The position numbers and the translations under genes were made by a program. The notes beneath the pieces were generated by a model that saw nothing but the letters and a program-made list of their open reading frames with translations, had not been told where the DNA came from and did not search any database. DNA of 64,000 nt. Origin: Octopus sinensis. Lineage: Eukaryota. Each line of letters opens with the position of its first letter. The first letter of the stretch is position 1. The stretch is from assembly GCF_006345805.1 (NCBI RefSeq), contig NC_043005.1:109492001-109556000 (forward strand), in the 5' to 3' direction. Of this stretch, positions 37,881 through 50,510 are shown piece by piece.

Positions 37881-38154
37881 CCTTTCATTGTTGTACCTGT
37901 TTTTTTGGTTACGAAATAAGCTACACAAAACTTGTTTTTGAATTATGTTTTATTTACTTTGTATACATATATGTGATGAAAACTTTTTTTAACATTTCAC
38001 TTAGCGTCTTTGTTCCATGCTGGCATGGTTTGGAGAGTTACTAATGTAGAAAGTTGGTATCTCAGCTTCTAGCAGTTGGGTATTTCTGCTAGTGTATATG
38101 TGTGTGTGTATGCATGTGTGTGTGTGTGTGCATGTATATATATATATATACACG

Positions 38155-39385
38155 CAGTATCTCACAGAAGTATATACACTCCTAAAAAATTTCAGTAAAA
38201 TTGCCATTATTGTGATATTATCTAAGGCAATCAAATGAAATTTTTACTGAATAAAATATATCATACATGAAATCACCATACAAAATTGGAACACAAAACA
38301 ATAAAAAGTTTCAAAGATATGGACAAAATATTAATTTTCAAACGTTACAAAATTATGTACACCCTCTCAAGCTTCTTTGATAACGTCCAGGTTTCTGAGC
38401 TATATAGTAGAATTGGTTCGACTGTGGCTTAGATTTGATGACTAGATCTTATGCATATCTTTTGTTAGTGGAAAGAGTGTATCCACCCAAACAGTTCACC
38501 GAAGTTTGAACCAGTGTGGTCTTCATGGATGCATTCCTCGTAGGAAGCCTTTCTTCAATACAAGGCCTAAATCAAGTCGTCTTTGTTTTTTTGTCGAAAC
38601 CTCTGTGAGTAAGGGGAGAGCATTTTGGAATAAAATTCTTTTTTTCTGACAAGACTAAAATTCATTTTGTTTTGGGTATTAAATGAGTATGACGATGACC
38701 AGGTGAAGATAATAGCGACAAATACACCGTGTCTGCCATGAAACACAGCAGCAGAAGTGTTATGCTTTGGCGATTCAATAGATTCAAGGCTTTATTGTAA
38801 CATTTTGCAGAAAACAATGTTGAAAAGCATCGAGAAACTAGGAAAACATTTCATGTTCCAACATGATAATAGCCCTAAATACACTTCAAAGATGGTGATT
38901 AAGTTTTTGCCAGATTTTTAAGGTAAAGGTATTGCCATGGCTCACCATGTCACCTGATTTAAACCCGATAGAACATCTGTGGGATGTTTTGAAAAGGAAG
39001 GTTGAGGAGAAAATCCCTACAATGTAACAGTTGAAAGACATCATTCAGGATGAATGGAGGTCGATTTCATCAATTGTATGTGGAAATTTAATCAACTCTA
39101 TACCCAGAAGACTTAATGCAGTCATTGAAAGCAAGGGCAGTTGTACCAAATATTGAATGTAACAAATAATCCTTTAAGGTTTACGTATTTTTGTAACCTT
39201 TGAAAATTGATATTTTGTTCATATCTTTGAAAATATTTATTATTTTGTGTTCCAAATTTGTATAATGTTTGCATGTATAATATATTTTATTCATTATTAA
39301 TTTCGTTTGATTTGCTTCAATATCATCAGAGTAATGACAATTTCACTGAAATTTTTAGGGGTGTACATACTTCTGTGAGATACTG
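38155..39385 (+). mobile_element. Tc1 (DD34E) transposon with TIRs of about 200 bp and a defective transposase
   Basis: TIRs CAGTATCTCACAGAAGT and ACTTCTGTGAGATACTG, the latter followed by TA. WNKILFSDKTK, FMFQHDNSPK, WLTMSPDLNPIEHLW (D-34-E after correcting one frameshift), and IPRRLNAVIESKG..TKY*. Confidence 0.9.
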
Positions 39386-39811
39386 TACACATATATATAA
39401 ACAAAATTCAATAGGGTATTTTAATACCCTATTGAATTTTTTTATATATATATATGTATATATATATGAGGGAATATTATTCCAAACTTACAGGAAAAAT
39501 TCAATATAGAAACACTAAATCAAATTTCACAAAATATAATATATAATATTATATTTTGTATAATTTAATTTTTCCTTATTGAATTGATAAAAGGTGTTTG
39601 TCTTTTCTAATTTATATATATATCATCATCATCATCGTTTAACGTCCGCTTTCCATGCTAGCATGGGTTGGACAATTTTGACTGAGGGCTGGCGAACCAG
39701 ATGTATGCATGTATGTATGTATGTATGTATGTATGTATGCATATATGCATATATGTATGTATGTATGTATGTATATATATATGTATGTATGCATATATAT
39801 ATATATGTATG

Positions 39812-39845
<34 letters not shown>

Positions 39846-39867
39846 TGTATGTATGTATGTATATATT

Positions 39868-40620
39868 GTAGTTGAATGCTTGAAATGAGGAGTAGGTAGA
39901 CAGCCGACAACTGATGAAGGGTCCCTTCTCTGCGTTTAATTGTCCTGTTTTTACACATCTCATGTTGTTTGCGTAGTTGGTAAGTTTGTCTTAATAATTT
40001 TGATGTGTCTCTGTCCTGTACGGTTTTCTCTCTCTTCCTTTCTTTAATTCTATTTTTTACCCTTCTCCCCCTTTCATTTTTTCTCTAATTCAGTTTTTCT
40101 TTCCTTCACCATTTTCTATCTGTCCCTCTCTCCCTTCCTTTTCCTCTTTTACTCTCTCGTTACTCACACATGACCATCGTCCATCTTTCTTTTTCTCACT
40201 TGATCATCTTTCTTTTCTTTCAGTCTATGGCACAGATCAGATGCATTCTTGTCTGTCTCCTCTCCTATCTTTTCTTCTGTCAAAGATTGTTCCTCCAGCA
40301 TTCGCCATCTTACTTCATATGGCCTACCGGCCCTCAGTGTTTCTTTTCACTGTCCTGTTTTTGTTACCAGCTTTGACCCTCCACAAATCCCAAATTTTAT
40401 TTTGGTTCACAGGAGCAACTGTTTTCTCAAAGGCACATATTGTCATGAATTGCTCGAAATGTGGAGTAAATGAATAGCCGACAACTGATAAAGGGTCGTT
40501 CTTTATGTTACCTGTATTGTTTTCCATTTTTTTCTTTCATTGTTCACATTCAAAGGTTTGTCTTCATATTTTTCATATTTCGTTTTGCATGTTGTTTACG
40601 TTTTGTGACATCCTGCACCC
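39868..40620 (+). mobile_element. Penelope-like or retrozyme-like element with terminal direct repeats
   Basis: GAAATG.GGAGTA...GCCGACAACTGAT.AAGGGTC occurs at about 39880 and about 40455; TA/CA-flanked. Confidence 0.5.
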
Positions 40621-40673
40621 GTATATAGATGTATATATACGTATATATGCATATATATTTGTATGTATATATG

Positions 40674-40945
40674 CATCATCATCATCGTTTAACGCCCTCT
40701 TTCCATGCTAGCATGGGTTGGACGATTTGACTGAGGTCTGGCGAACCAGATGGATGCCTTTCCTAATGCCAACCACTCCAAGAGTGTAGTGGGTGCTTTT
40801 ACATGCTACCGGCACGAGGGCCAGTTAGGTGGTACTGGCATCGGCCACAATCAAATGATGCTTTTCATGTGCCACCTGCACAGGAGCTAGTCCAGAAGCA
40901 CTGGCAATGACCTCGCTCGAATGTTTTTTTTCACATGCCACCAGC
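40674..40945 (-). mobile_element. RTE 3' UTR
   Basis: (CAT)n followed by CGTTTAACGCC...CCATGCTAGCATGGG. Confidence 0.75.
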
Positions 40946-41766
40946 ACATATGCATATGTATATATACATATATATGTATATATATGTATATATGCATATA
41001 TATGTATGTATATATGCATATATATATATATATATATATTATTTATATATTATTTATATATGTATGTATGCATGTATGTATAATATATGCATATATATAA
41101 TGTATAAACAATGCCTTCCTTTTTCTGCTTATACTTTATTGAAATACTCCTAAATGAAGCAATTCAAAGATTGCAACTGAACGAAAGTCCATCATCACAA
41201 CCACTATATCCACCACCACCACCACCAACCGCCGCCTCCACCACTGCTGCCCCCACATGTCCCCAACAGTTTACGTCTGTGACCTTGATAATAAGTAGAT
41301 TTTTCTATTACTCTAATCCTTCTGTTTTTGCCTTCCTTCTTCCTATTATCTGCGAGGATTCCTGACAAGATCCTTATCAATAGAAGGTTTCCAATAAGTT
41401 TTATTGAAAAATGTTTCATACCTACCGATACACAGCTATTAGATCAGTTTGTGCCTCTGTGTTGAGAGGTTGCTAACTAAATCGCATAGCCAAATATATA
41501 TATAACATTCATAGCATGGTAAATATACATACATGCATAAGCACACACACATATACATACACATACATACACACACATACATATATATGTGTGTGTATAG
41601 ATATGCATGCTTATATATATATATTATATATATATATATATATATGTACACATTGAAAGAAAGAGTGAGATAAGCACATGTACGTACATATATATGTATG
41701 TATGTGCGTGTGTAATGTATGCATGCTTATATATATGTATACATTGAAAGAAAGAGTGAGTGAGAT

Positions 41767-41798
<32 letters not shown>

Positions 41799-42756
41799 AC
41801 ACATACACACATGCACACAAGTTTGTGAATATTTGTTGAAATATAGTCTATTATTTTTAGTGTCTATTAGTTAAATGTAACTTCTTCATAATGATGCTTA
41901 TAGAGATGGGACGCAAACACACACACATACACACACACATATATATAGAGAGAGACAAAGAAAGAACAGACACATACATACTTATTAATATGTGTAGTTA
42001 TGCTTGTCTTTACATGTATGCATGCACACCTATTTATATTTTCATATCTGTGTATATCTACTTGTAATTGTATATATATACATACCATGTTCTGTATATA
42101 TCGTTGTATATATGGTATCTCTTTATATGTAGATGCATATTTGTATGTATGCATATATGTATGGGCAAATAGGAATTATAATGATGATATGAAATACAAA
42201 TAAGAAAATAACAATATATCCAAATAGAAATAGCTTATCAATATTTTTATCTTTGAGTCTTTGGTGCATTCCTCCTTGATATGCGTTCATTTGTATTTCT
42301 GTATGTGGCTAAGAGGATTTTTGTGTATGTGTGTATATGTGTGTGAGTAAATATGCATGTGGATTTGTGTCTTGATGAGTTGGTATGCTTCCTTTGTATT
42401 CCGATGCAAATATAATTTTCATGTTTGTATTCATACATATATATGTAAATATGTGTGGTGTGTGTGTGTATTATATATGTATATGTAATGTAAATATATA
42501 TATATACATATATATATGTATGTATGTATGTATATGTAAATATATGTAAGTATATTTATATACATATATATGTATATGAATATATATATATGTATGTATG
42601 TATGCATGTATATATAAATATATGTAAGTATATTTATATACATATATATGTATATGTAAATATATGTATATATGTGTGTGTGTGCTCATGTGTGTCTGTG
42701 TATATACATATATATATATATATATATAATTTATACACAGACACACACTTACACAT

Positions 42757-42794
<38 letters not shown>

Positions 42795-43442
42795 GTGTGT
42801 GTGAGTATGTCTGTGTATGTCCATATTTTAGAAGGCAATTTGACTTTCAGCCAAATGAGGACAAAACACACATTCTCAGTCTTCTTTCGCAGACATGGAA
42901 CAATTACCCGAATGTCAGTCAGAAAGTCCACATCACAGAGTTTTGACATCATAGAGATTTGTGTCTCTGCCACACCAAACTCAATGCTGAGCTGAAATCT
43001 AAAACAACAAGGAAAAACCTGCAAATATGCTGTCACTAAGCCACATTTACGGGCGATTCATCAAAGTCACACGCTCATTGTTAGTTTTTTAAACTGTGTC
43101 ATGGCCATTATACATACAGTATGATGGTTATGGAGAGATCATAGACCTGCTCAGTCAAGAGTCACTGATGCTAAACGACAATGGCCATGGGGAAGTTATA
43201 TTTCAGTTATCAATGTGAAACTCAATGGTTTTAGGAAAGAAAGATTACCAAGCAAGCCTTGATTTTCACTTTGGAAGAGCTTATGGTGTGGTTGTTATGT
43301 CAATTGACATTTATTCTTCATCAGTGACTGCAGAAGATTTGCCTTTGAAGTTGAAATATGTTACTAATCTGAAGTTTGCTTATGCCAAAATACTGCTTGC
43401 TGATGAATATATTACATATATATTAGCAGCGACTCCAGCTAA

Positions 43443-43482
43443 GAATATCTGAAGAAGGAATATTATTCCGAAATATCATATC
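43443..43482 (+). ncRNA. Minimal hammerhead ribozyme (extra-A core variant)
   Basis: ATAT CTGAAGA A GGAAT ATT ATTCC GAAA TAT C ATAT. Confidence 0.6.
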
Positions 43483-43692
43483 AGTCTATGGATAACGAAA
43501 TTACAACAGATATAGAGCCCATTGTCTGTATTATAGTGCATTGTTGTACCATTCAAAACGTTTTATTCTCTTTAAACAATACACAATGCTTCAAGCAAAC
43601 TACAATACTCTCCTATATATATATATATATATATATATAGGCACCAGAATTTAGTACGGTATTATCCATACAATTTCAAAATAAGGTGATTA

Positions 43693-43999
43693 AAATTAAA
43701 ATAAGCAACAAGGATATCCAGAGCTAATGCAGTACGATCGTTTCATGCGACTCCATTTAATTGAACAATGCTATCATTACATCAATTTAAAATGTAGAGC
43801 AATCTTCAGTTGCACAAAGACATAGAATTTAATTAAGTTAATCGAATATAAATTCTATTAATTAAATTCTAATTAAATTTGTGCAGCTGAAGATTGCTCT
43901 ACATTTTAAATTGATGTAATGATTGCATTGTTCAATTAAATGGAGTAGCATGAAACGATCGTACTGAATTACCCCTGGATATCTTTGTTGCTTATTTTG

Positions 44000-44000
<1 letters not shown>
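43693..44000. mobile_element. Palindromic element whose two arms each carry a hammerhead-like motif
   Basis: 43693-43820 is the inverse of 43875-44000. A related partial copy lies at 35436-35540. Confidence 0.65.
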
Positions 44001-44032
<32 letters not shown>

Positions 44033-44069
44033 ATTATATATGTATATGTGTATATATATATATATATGT

Positions 44070-44101
<32 letters not shown>

Positions 44102-44126
44102 GTGTATATATATATATATATAAATG

Positions 44127-44157
<31 letters not shown>

Positions 44158-44410
44158 GTATATGTGTGTATATATATATATGTATATGTGTGTGTGTATA
44201 TATATATATGTATATGTGTGTGTGTATATATATCTGTATATGTGTGTGTGTATATATATGTATATGTGTGTGTGTATATATATATGTATATGTGTGTGTG
44301 TATATATATATATATATGTATATATGTGTGTGTATATGTATATATGTGTGTGTATGTGTATATATGTGTGTGTGTATATGTATATATGTGTGTGTATATG
44401 TATATATGTT

Positions 44411-44454
<44 letters not shown>

Positions 44455-45719
44455 TATACATATATAAATATATATACATATATATATATGTATTATATAT
44501 ATATGTATGTATGTTTATATATATATACATACACATATGTATAGCTGTATATGCAAACATATATCCACATATATATACATATATTCATGTGCATATAAAA
44601 ATTTCAGGATTCTAGTGAATCAGTTCCTTAAATAGTAAAGCATCTTGGTCAGGTCAGTGAAATCACTATCATGTACAAACAATGTTTGAGGGCAAATATA
44701 TACTTACAAAGTAAACTCAGATTTATACTCTGGATCTGTTTATAATCACAAATGAATATATGAGTCTCAAGGTTACTGGATTCAATAGACTCCAGATCCA
44801 GGCAAAATGCAAGTTCTGAGTAAGGTGAATGATAAACAACAGAAGGGTTATGGTTTACTACAGCTGTTTCAAGCGTGTTTTATTTTTATAAATAGAAGTA
44901 TTACATCGTGCAAAAAAACAAAACCTTTTCATCAGGTGAATATATGTAAGAATTACACATATTTGAAATTTCAGTAACAAGTCAAAAATGTCATTTTTGA
45001 CTCTACAGCCCAAAATTCAGTTGGTCAGTATGGCGTTGTACTCACAATCACAAGATTATGATTTCAATTCCCAGACAGGGTGGTACATTGAATCCTTAAG
45101 CAAAGCATTTCATTTCACATTGCTTTGCAATCACGTTGACTTCTGATGTGTGGTACACCATACACCTGTTCAGACAACATCAATTTGATGGATGGAGTGA
45201 GCTAAAGTACAGCACATGCATTTGATTGCTATAAGGAAATCATTTGTGTTAGTTGTTCGCAAGAAACTTTAGAAGCATCTTTCTCAGGCCCTGAGAGACA
45301 ACCATCGTGTGTGTGTGTGTGTGTGTGTTTGGTGATGCAATCAGGAAAATGGAACTCAGTTGACTCAAGGGCCTAGAATTTTGTGTTGGCACTCATCAAA
45401 GTTTGGTATGTGCCAATGTGCGTGTGAGTGTATATGTGTGCTTATGTATATGTGTGTATGTCTGTGTGTGTGTATGTCTGTGTGTGTATATGTGTGTGTA
45501 TGTATGTGTATATGTGTGTGTGTATGTATGTTTATGTGTGTGTGTGTAGGTGGATTGATAGATAGATAGATAGAATAGAGAGAGAGAGAGAGAGTCTCTT
45601 CCATTACTCCTCCTCCTTCTATCATTTCCTCCAATTTTAATTTGATTTATTGATTGATTTATATGTGTTTTTCTGTTGTTTGTGGGTCCTGTCTTTGAAC
45701 AAACTTGCAACTAAAGACT

Positions 45720-47420
45720 AACAACAACAACAACAACAAAATCAACAAACAACAATAACAATAGCAGAGAAACCAGCTACCATCTTAAACACCATCACCA
45801 CCACCAATACCACCACCACCACCATCACAACCACCACCACCACCACCACCACCACCACTACCACCACCACCACCACCACCACCACCACCACCACCACCAC
45901 TGGCCCCACCGCTGCAGCTGTCTTCCCCTCCTCCACCATCATCATCATTATCACCACTACCTCTACAACTATTAAGGATCTTCAAAAGGAAAAGAAAGTA
46001 ATCTTTGAAAAAGAAAGCACCATTTCTTTAACGAAATTGCATTAATTGGGGAAAGCTACATTAGTTTAGTCTGTGGTTTCTTGCATCAGAATAGCCGAAA
46101 ATTTAGGTCAAACTATCCTAAACTAAAAGAACCATATGCAGAGAACATGAAGAAGTAGTTGAACCGAAATGGCCAGTAAGAGTGAAAATGCATGTTATTG
46201 GGACAGCAGAATAACGTTCCGCTTGATTGATTAGTTATCTGCATGGCAGGAATCGATTGTAAATGAGTTCACCTGGTTCGTTTATTGCTGCCATCACAAA
46301 CAGAAGGTATAATGCAACAATAACAGTAATAGAGTTTCTAATTTCATGATCAAGGTGAGTGAAAACTCTCACCTTTATCAGGTGATCATCAGCATCATCC
46401 ACTGCTAACGCTGCCACCACTACCACCACCACCACCACCACCATCACTAATACAAACATGCCACCAACAGCACCACCACCACCACCACCACCACCACCGC
46501 CATCAACATCGCTGACACCAACCATCACCACTGTCACTGCCACCACCAACACCACTACTGTCACCAGAACCACCACTATCACCACTACTACCACCACTGT
46601 CACCATCACTACCACCACCACCACCACCACCACCGCAAAAACTGCTGCTGCCACCGCCATCACTGCTGACACCACTACAATCACTATCACCACTGCCACA
46701 ACCACCACCATCACCACCACACCATCACCACCATCACCACCACCACCATGACCATCATCACCACCATCACCAATACAACATGACCACCGCCACCACCATC
46801 ACTACCATCACCACCACCACCATCACTACCATCACCACCACCACCATCACCACCACCATCATCACCATCACCACCACCATCATCACCATCACCACCACCA
46901 CCATTACTACCATCACCACCACACCACCATCACTACCATCACCACCACCACCATCGTCACCATCACCACCACCACCATCACTACCATCACCACCACCACC
47001 ACCACCACCATGACCATCATCACCACCATCACCAATACCAACATGACCACCGCCACCACCATCACTAATACAAACATGCCCACCAACAGCACCACCACCA
47101 ATACCAACATGACCACCACCACCACCACCATGACCATCATCACCACCATCACCAATACACATGACCACCGCCACCACCATCACTAATACAACATGCCCAC
47201 CAACAGCACCACCACCAATACCAACATGACCACCACCACCACCACCATGACCATCATCACCACCATCACCAATACCAACATGACCACCGCCACCACCATC
47301 ACTAATACAAACATGCCCACCAACAGCACCACCACCAATACCAACATGACCACCACCACCACCACTGCCACCTTCAACACCACCATTGCCACCTGTACCA
47401 TTACCCCTCCTGTCACTACA
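45720..47420. repeat. (CAC/CAT)n trinucleotide arrays with a higher-order unit of about 120 bp at 47004-47365
   Basis: Direct reading. Confidence 0.9.
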
Positions 47421-47589
47421 ACATAACCTGTTTGGTCTTTTCCCCAACCAAGTCAGCTGGGAGTTGTTTCTAGCAGATTTCTCTGTTTAATTCTGATAGG
47501 TCCAATGATCATATGGCAGAAGCTTTGATGACACATCTACGACACACACAGAACCCCACAATGGCACAATCAGAAGAACAGCATTCCTC

Positions 47590-48060
47590 CAAGACAAACA
47601 CACATATACACACACAAACACTCACCAGCACACACACACACAAACACATCTAAACATACACACAAACACACATCAACACACACAAACATACACACAAACA
47701 CACACAAATACAAACACACACAAACACACACAAATACAAACACACATCAACACACACAAACACACACAAACACCCACATACACAAACACCCACACACACA
47801 AACACCCACACACACAAACACACACACACACACAAACACACACAAATACAAACACACACAAACACACACAAACACCCACATACACAAACACCCACATACA
47901 CAAACACCCACACACACAAACACCCACACACACAAACACACACAAATACAAACACATACAAACACACACAAACACACCCAAACATACACACACACACAGA
48001 CACAAACACACACAAACACACACACACACAGACACACACACACACATACATACACACACA
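47590..48060. repeat. Complex (CA)n/ACAA microsatellite
   Basis: Direct reading. Confidence 0.9.
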
Positions 48061-49088
48061 CCAGCCTCATTAATATAAAACACTGAGTCCTGCGATACAC
48101 AACACTTGAGATTAGTGCAGTGGTGCAGCCACCGTTGTTCACTGGCTGAGTTCACCTTGTCTGCTTCCATTGTAGTTACCCCCATGTAGGATATTTTATC
48201 ATTCAACCTGCTAAAAAAAGTAGCTAAATCACCTTGAAACTACACTGTGTCATCTTAAAAATGGTAACATTGGATCATATGGTCCTGGTTCTCTTAAATT
48301 GGGAAGGTCAAGGTTGGAATGCCTGTTGATCATAGGTCTACTGGGTCTGAACAAACATGAGGTTCAAAACAGCAATGGTGATTATGACAAGAACAACAGA
48401 CATACAGAGCCAAAAGGGGAGTCTCTTTGTAGTCAATGTATTTCCTAGAAATAATAGCAAATCTCCTTTAATTACATCTGTTTTGAAACAAGAGAGACAT
48501 ACAGGATAATGTAGTCCTTGATACACAATGCCTGAGAAGACGATGATCATGGTTGGAATGGATTTGGCTACAAGTCCTTTTTTTATGAAGCAATAATAAC
48601 AACAACATCAAACATAGAAAAGGAGAGTTTCTAGATGTGGTTGAGATGCTAGAAAGAGCAACGTAACTTCCATCGAATTACTCCATAGTGTCTTTGAAAT
48701 CATTGGATAATGTGGTACTGGCTACATGTGGCCAAAAAACCAAACAATGTGATGGTCACAAATGGAGTACCTTTTATTATAGGTTTGCTCTGTCTTGGAT
48801 CACTTGGAACTAAACAACAATCAATGCTGTCAGATTTATGTGCGACACTGCCTTAATACAACACCAACAAAACCAACTACTAACTAATATTGCCACCACC
48901 ACTACCATTGACAAGACCAACAGCAATACAAACAACAGATGAAATTCCACAACACCAAATGTATATTCACAAGAGCATTAATGATATGTTTTTCTATTTG
49001 CTAATCTAAGCACAAGGCCAGCAATTTTGGGTAGAGGGAGCTTAACAATACCATTGGCCACAGTACTTGATTGGTACTTTTGTTTTAT

Positions 49089-49400
49089 GTGGAGGTACAC
49101 GGCCTAGTGGTTAGAGCAGCGGACTCGCGGTTGAGGGAACGCGGGTTCGAATCTCAGACCAGACAATGTGTGTGTTTATGAGCGAAACACCTAAGCTCCA
49201 TGTGGCTCTGGCAGAAGGTAATGGCGAAACTTCTGCTGACTCTTTCGCCACAACTTTCTCTCACTCTTTCCTCCTGCATCTTGCAGCTCACCTGCGATGG
49301 ACCAGCGTCCCGTCCAGGTGGGGAACCTATACGCCAAGAAACCAGGAAACCAGCCCTTATGAGCCAAGCATGGCTTGAGAAGGAACAAACAAACAAACAA
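49089..49400 (+). mobile_element. Full-length tRNA-derived SINE with 13-bp TSD, nested in a family B SINE
   Basis: ACTTTTGTTTTAT at 49076-49088 and 49401-49413; A-box CGGCCTAGTGG, B-box GGGTTCGAATC, (AAAC)n tail. Confidence 0.9.
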
Positions 49401-49744
49401 ACTTTTGTTTTATCCACCTAGGAGGATTGAAGTGGCCTTGACAGGATTTGAACTCAGAACATAAAGTGCTAAAGAAAATACCACAAGGAATATCATGAAA
49501 AGTTTTTAGGAAGAAATGAAGAGATATTCCCCATGGATTAGTGTTAGACATGGGTGAAATATATACTTTGTGTGAGTATTGTTTTCTATTTCCTAAAGAA
49601 ACATGACCAAGTCATCAAAATAAATTTGTGTTCATGAGAGCAGTGTCTGTAACTTTTGCTTTTCAATTTCTGGAAAGCACTTAAGATCATGTGAATTTTT
49701 TAGAATGATTGTCTTTTCCACCAAGCAGAATCTGGGCTTCCATT

Positions 49745-50010
49745 AAGATTAGGCCAGGATCATTCCAGCAGCGTCCATATTATATAGTACTGCATCCTCT
49801 TTAATCACTAAATTTATGACATTACATCTTTCTTCGATCATAAAAGAGGATCTGAACTTAAAGGAGTTTCGGTTGCCCTGATGTATTTCCGTATATATGT
49901 CCTCCCATTGAAGTTGTTCAATGCTACTTCTGCATCTGTGTTGAGCACTCATTGCAAACCCTAGATGAGCATCTTACCTTTGCTTGCAATTTAGGGCTAC
50001 TAGTCAGTAA
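49745..50010 (-). mobile_element. Tc1 transposase fragment (inverted relative to 51387-52100)
   Basis: 49868-50010 is a near-identical reverse complement of 51387-51525. Confidence 0.6.
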
Positions 50011-50104
50011 TATATTGTTTGATGGTCTAAGAATATACATTCTTTATTACTTATATTGAGTATGGTTTTGTTTCTGACTTATTGACAACTAAATGATAAC
50101 TAAC

Positions 50105-50320
50105 ATACTCTTTTACTCTTTTACTTGTTTCAGTCATTTGACTATGGCCATGCTGGAGCACCGCCTTTAGTCGAGCAAATCGACCCCAGAACTTATTCTT
50201 TGTAAGCCTAGTACTTATTCTATTGGTCTCTTTTGCCAAACCGCTAAGTTACGGGGACATAAACACACCAGCATCGGTTGTCAAGTGATATTGGGGGGTC
50301 AAACACAGACACACAAACAT

Positions 50321-50352
<32 letters not shown>

Positions 50353-50510
50353 TACACATATATACGACAAGCTTTCTTTCAGTTTCCGTCTACCAAATCC
50401 ACTCACAAGGCTTTGGTCGGCCCGAGGCTATAGCAGAAGACACTTGCCCAAGGTGCCATGCAGTGGGACTGAATCCAAAACCATGTGGTTAGTAAGCAAG
50501 CTACTTACCA
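50105..50510 (-). mobile_element. SINE family A
   Basis: Same family motifs. Confidence 0.8.

Noticed and set aside
49089-49160. tRNA-like sequences with A and B boxes (also 198-315, 16470-16540, 27250-27340, 63085-63150)
   Set aside because: They are SINE heads followed by SINE bodies and lack a proper cloverleaf; not tRNA genes.
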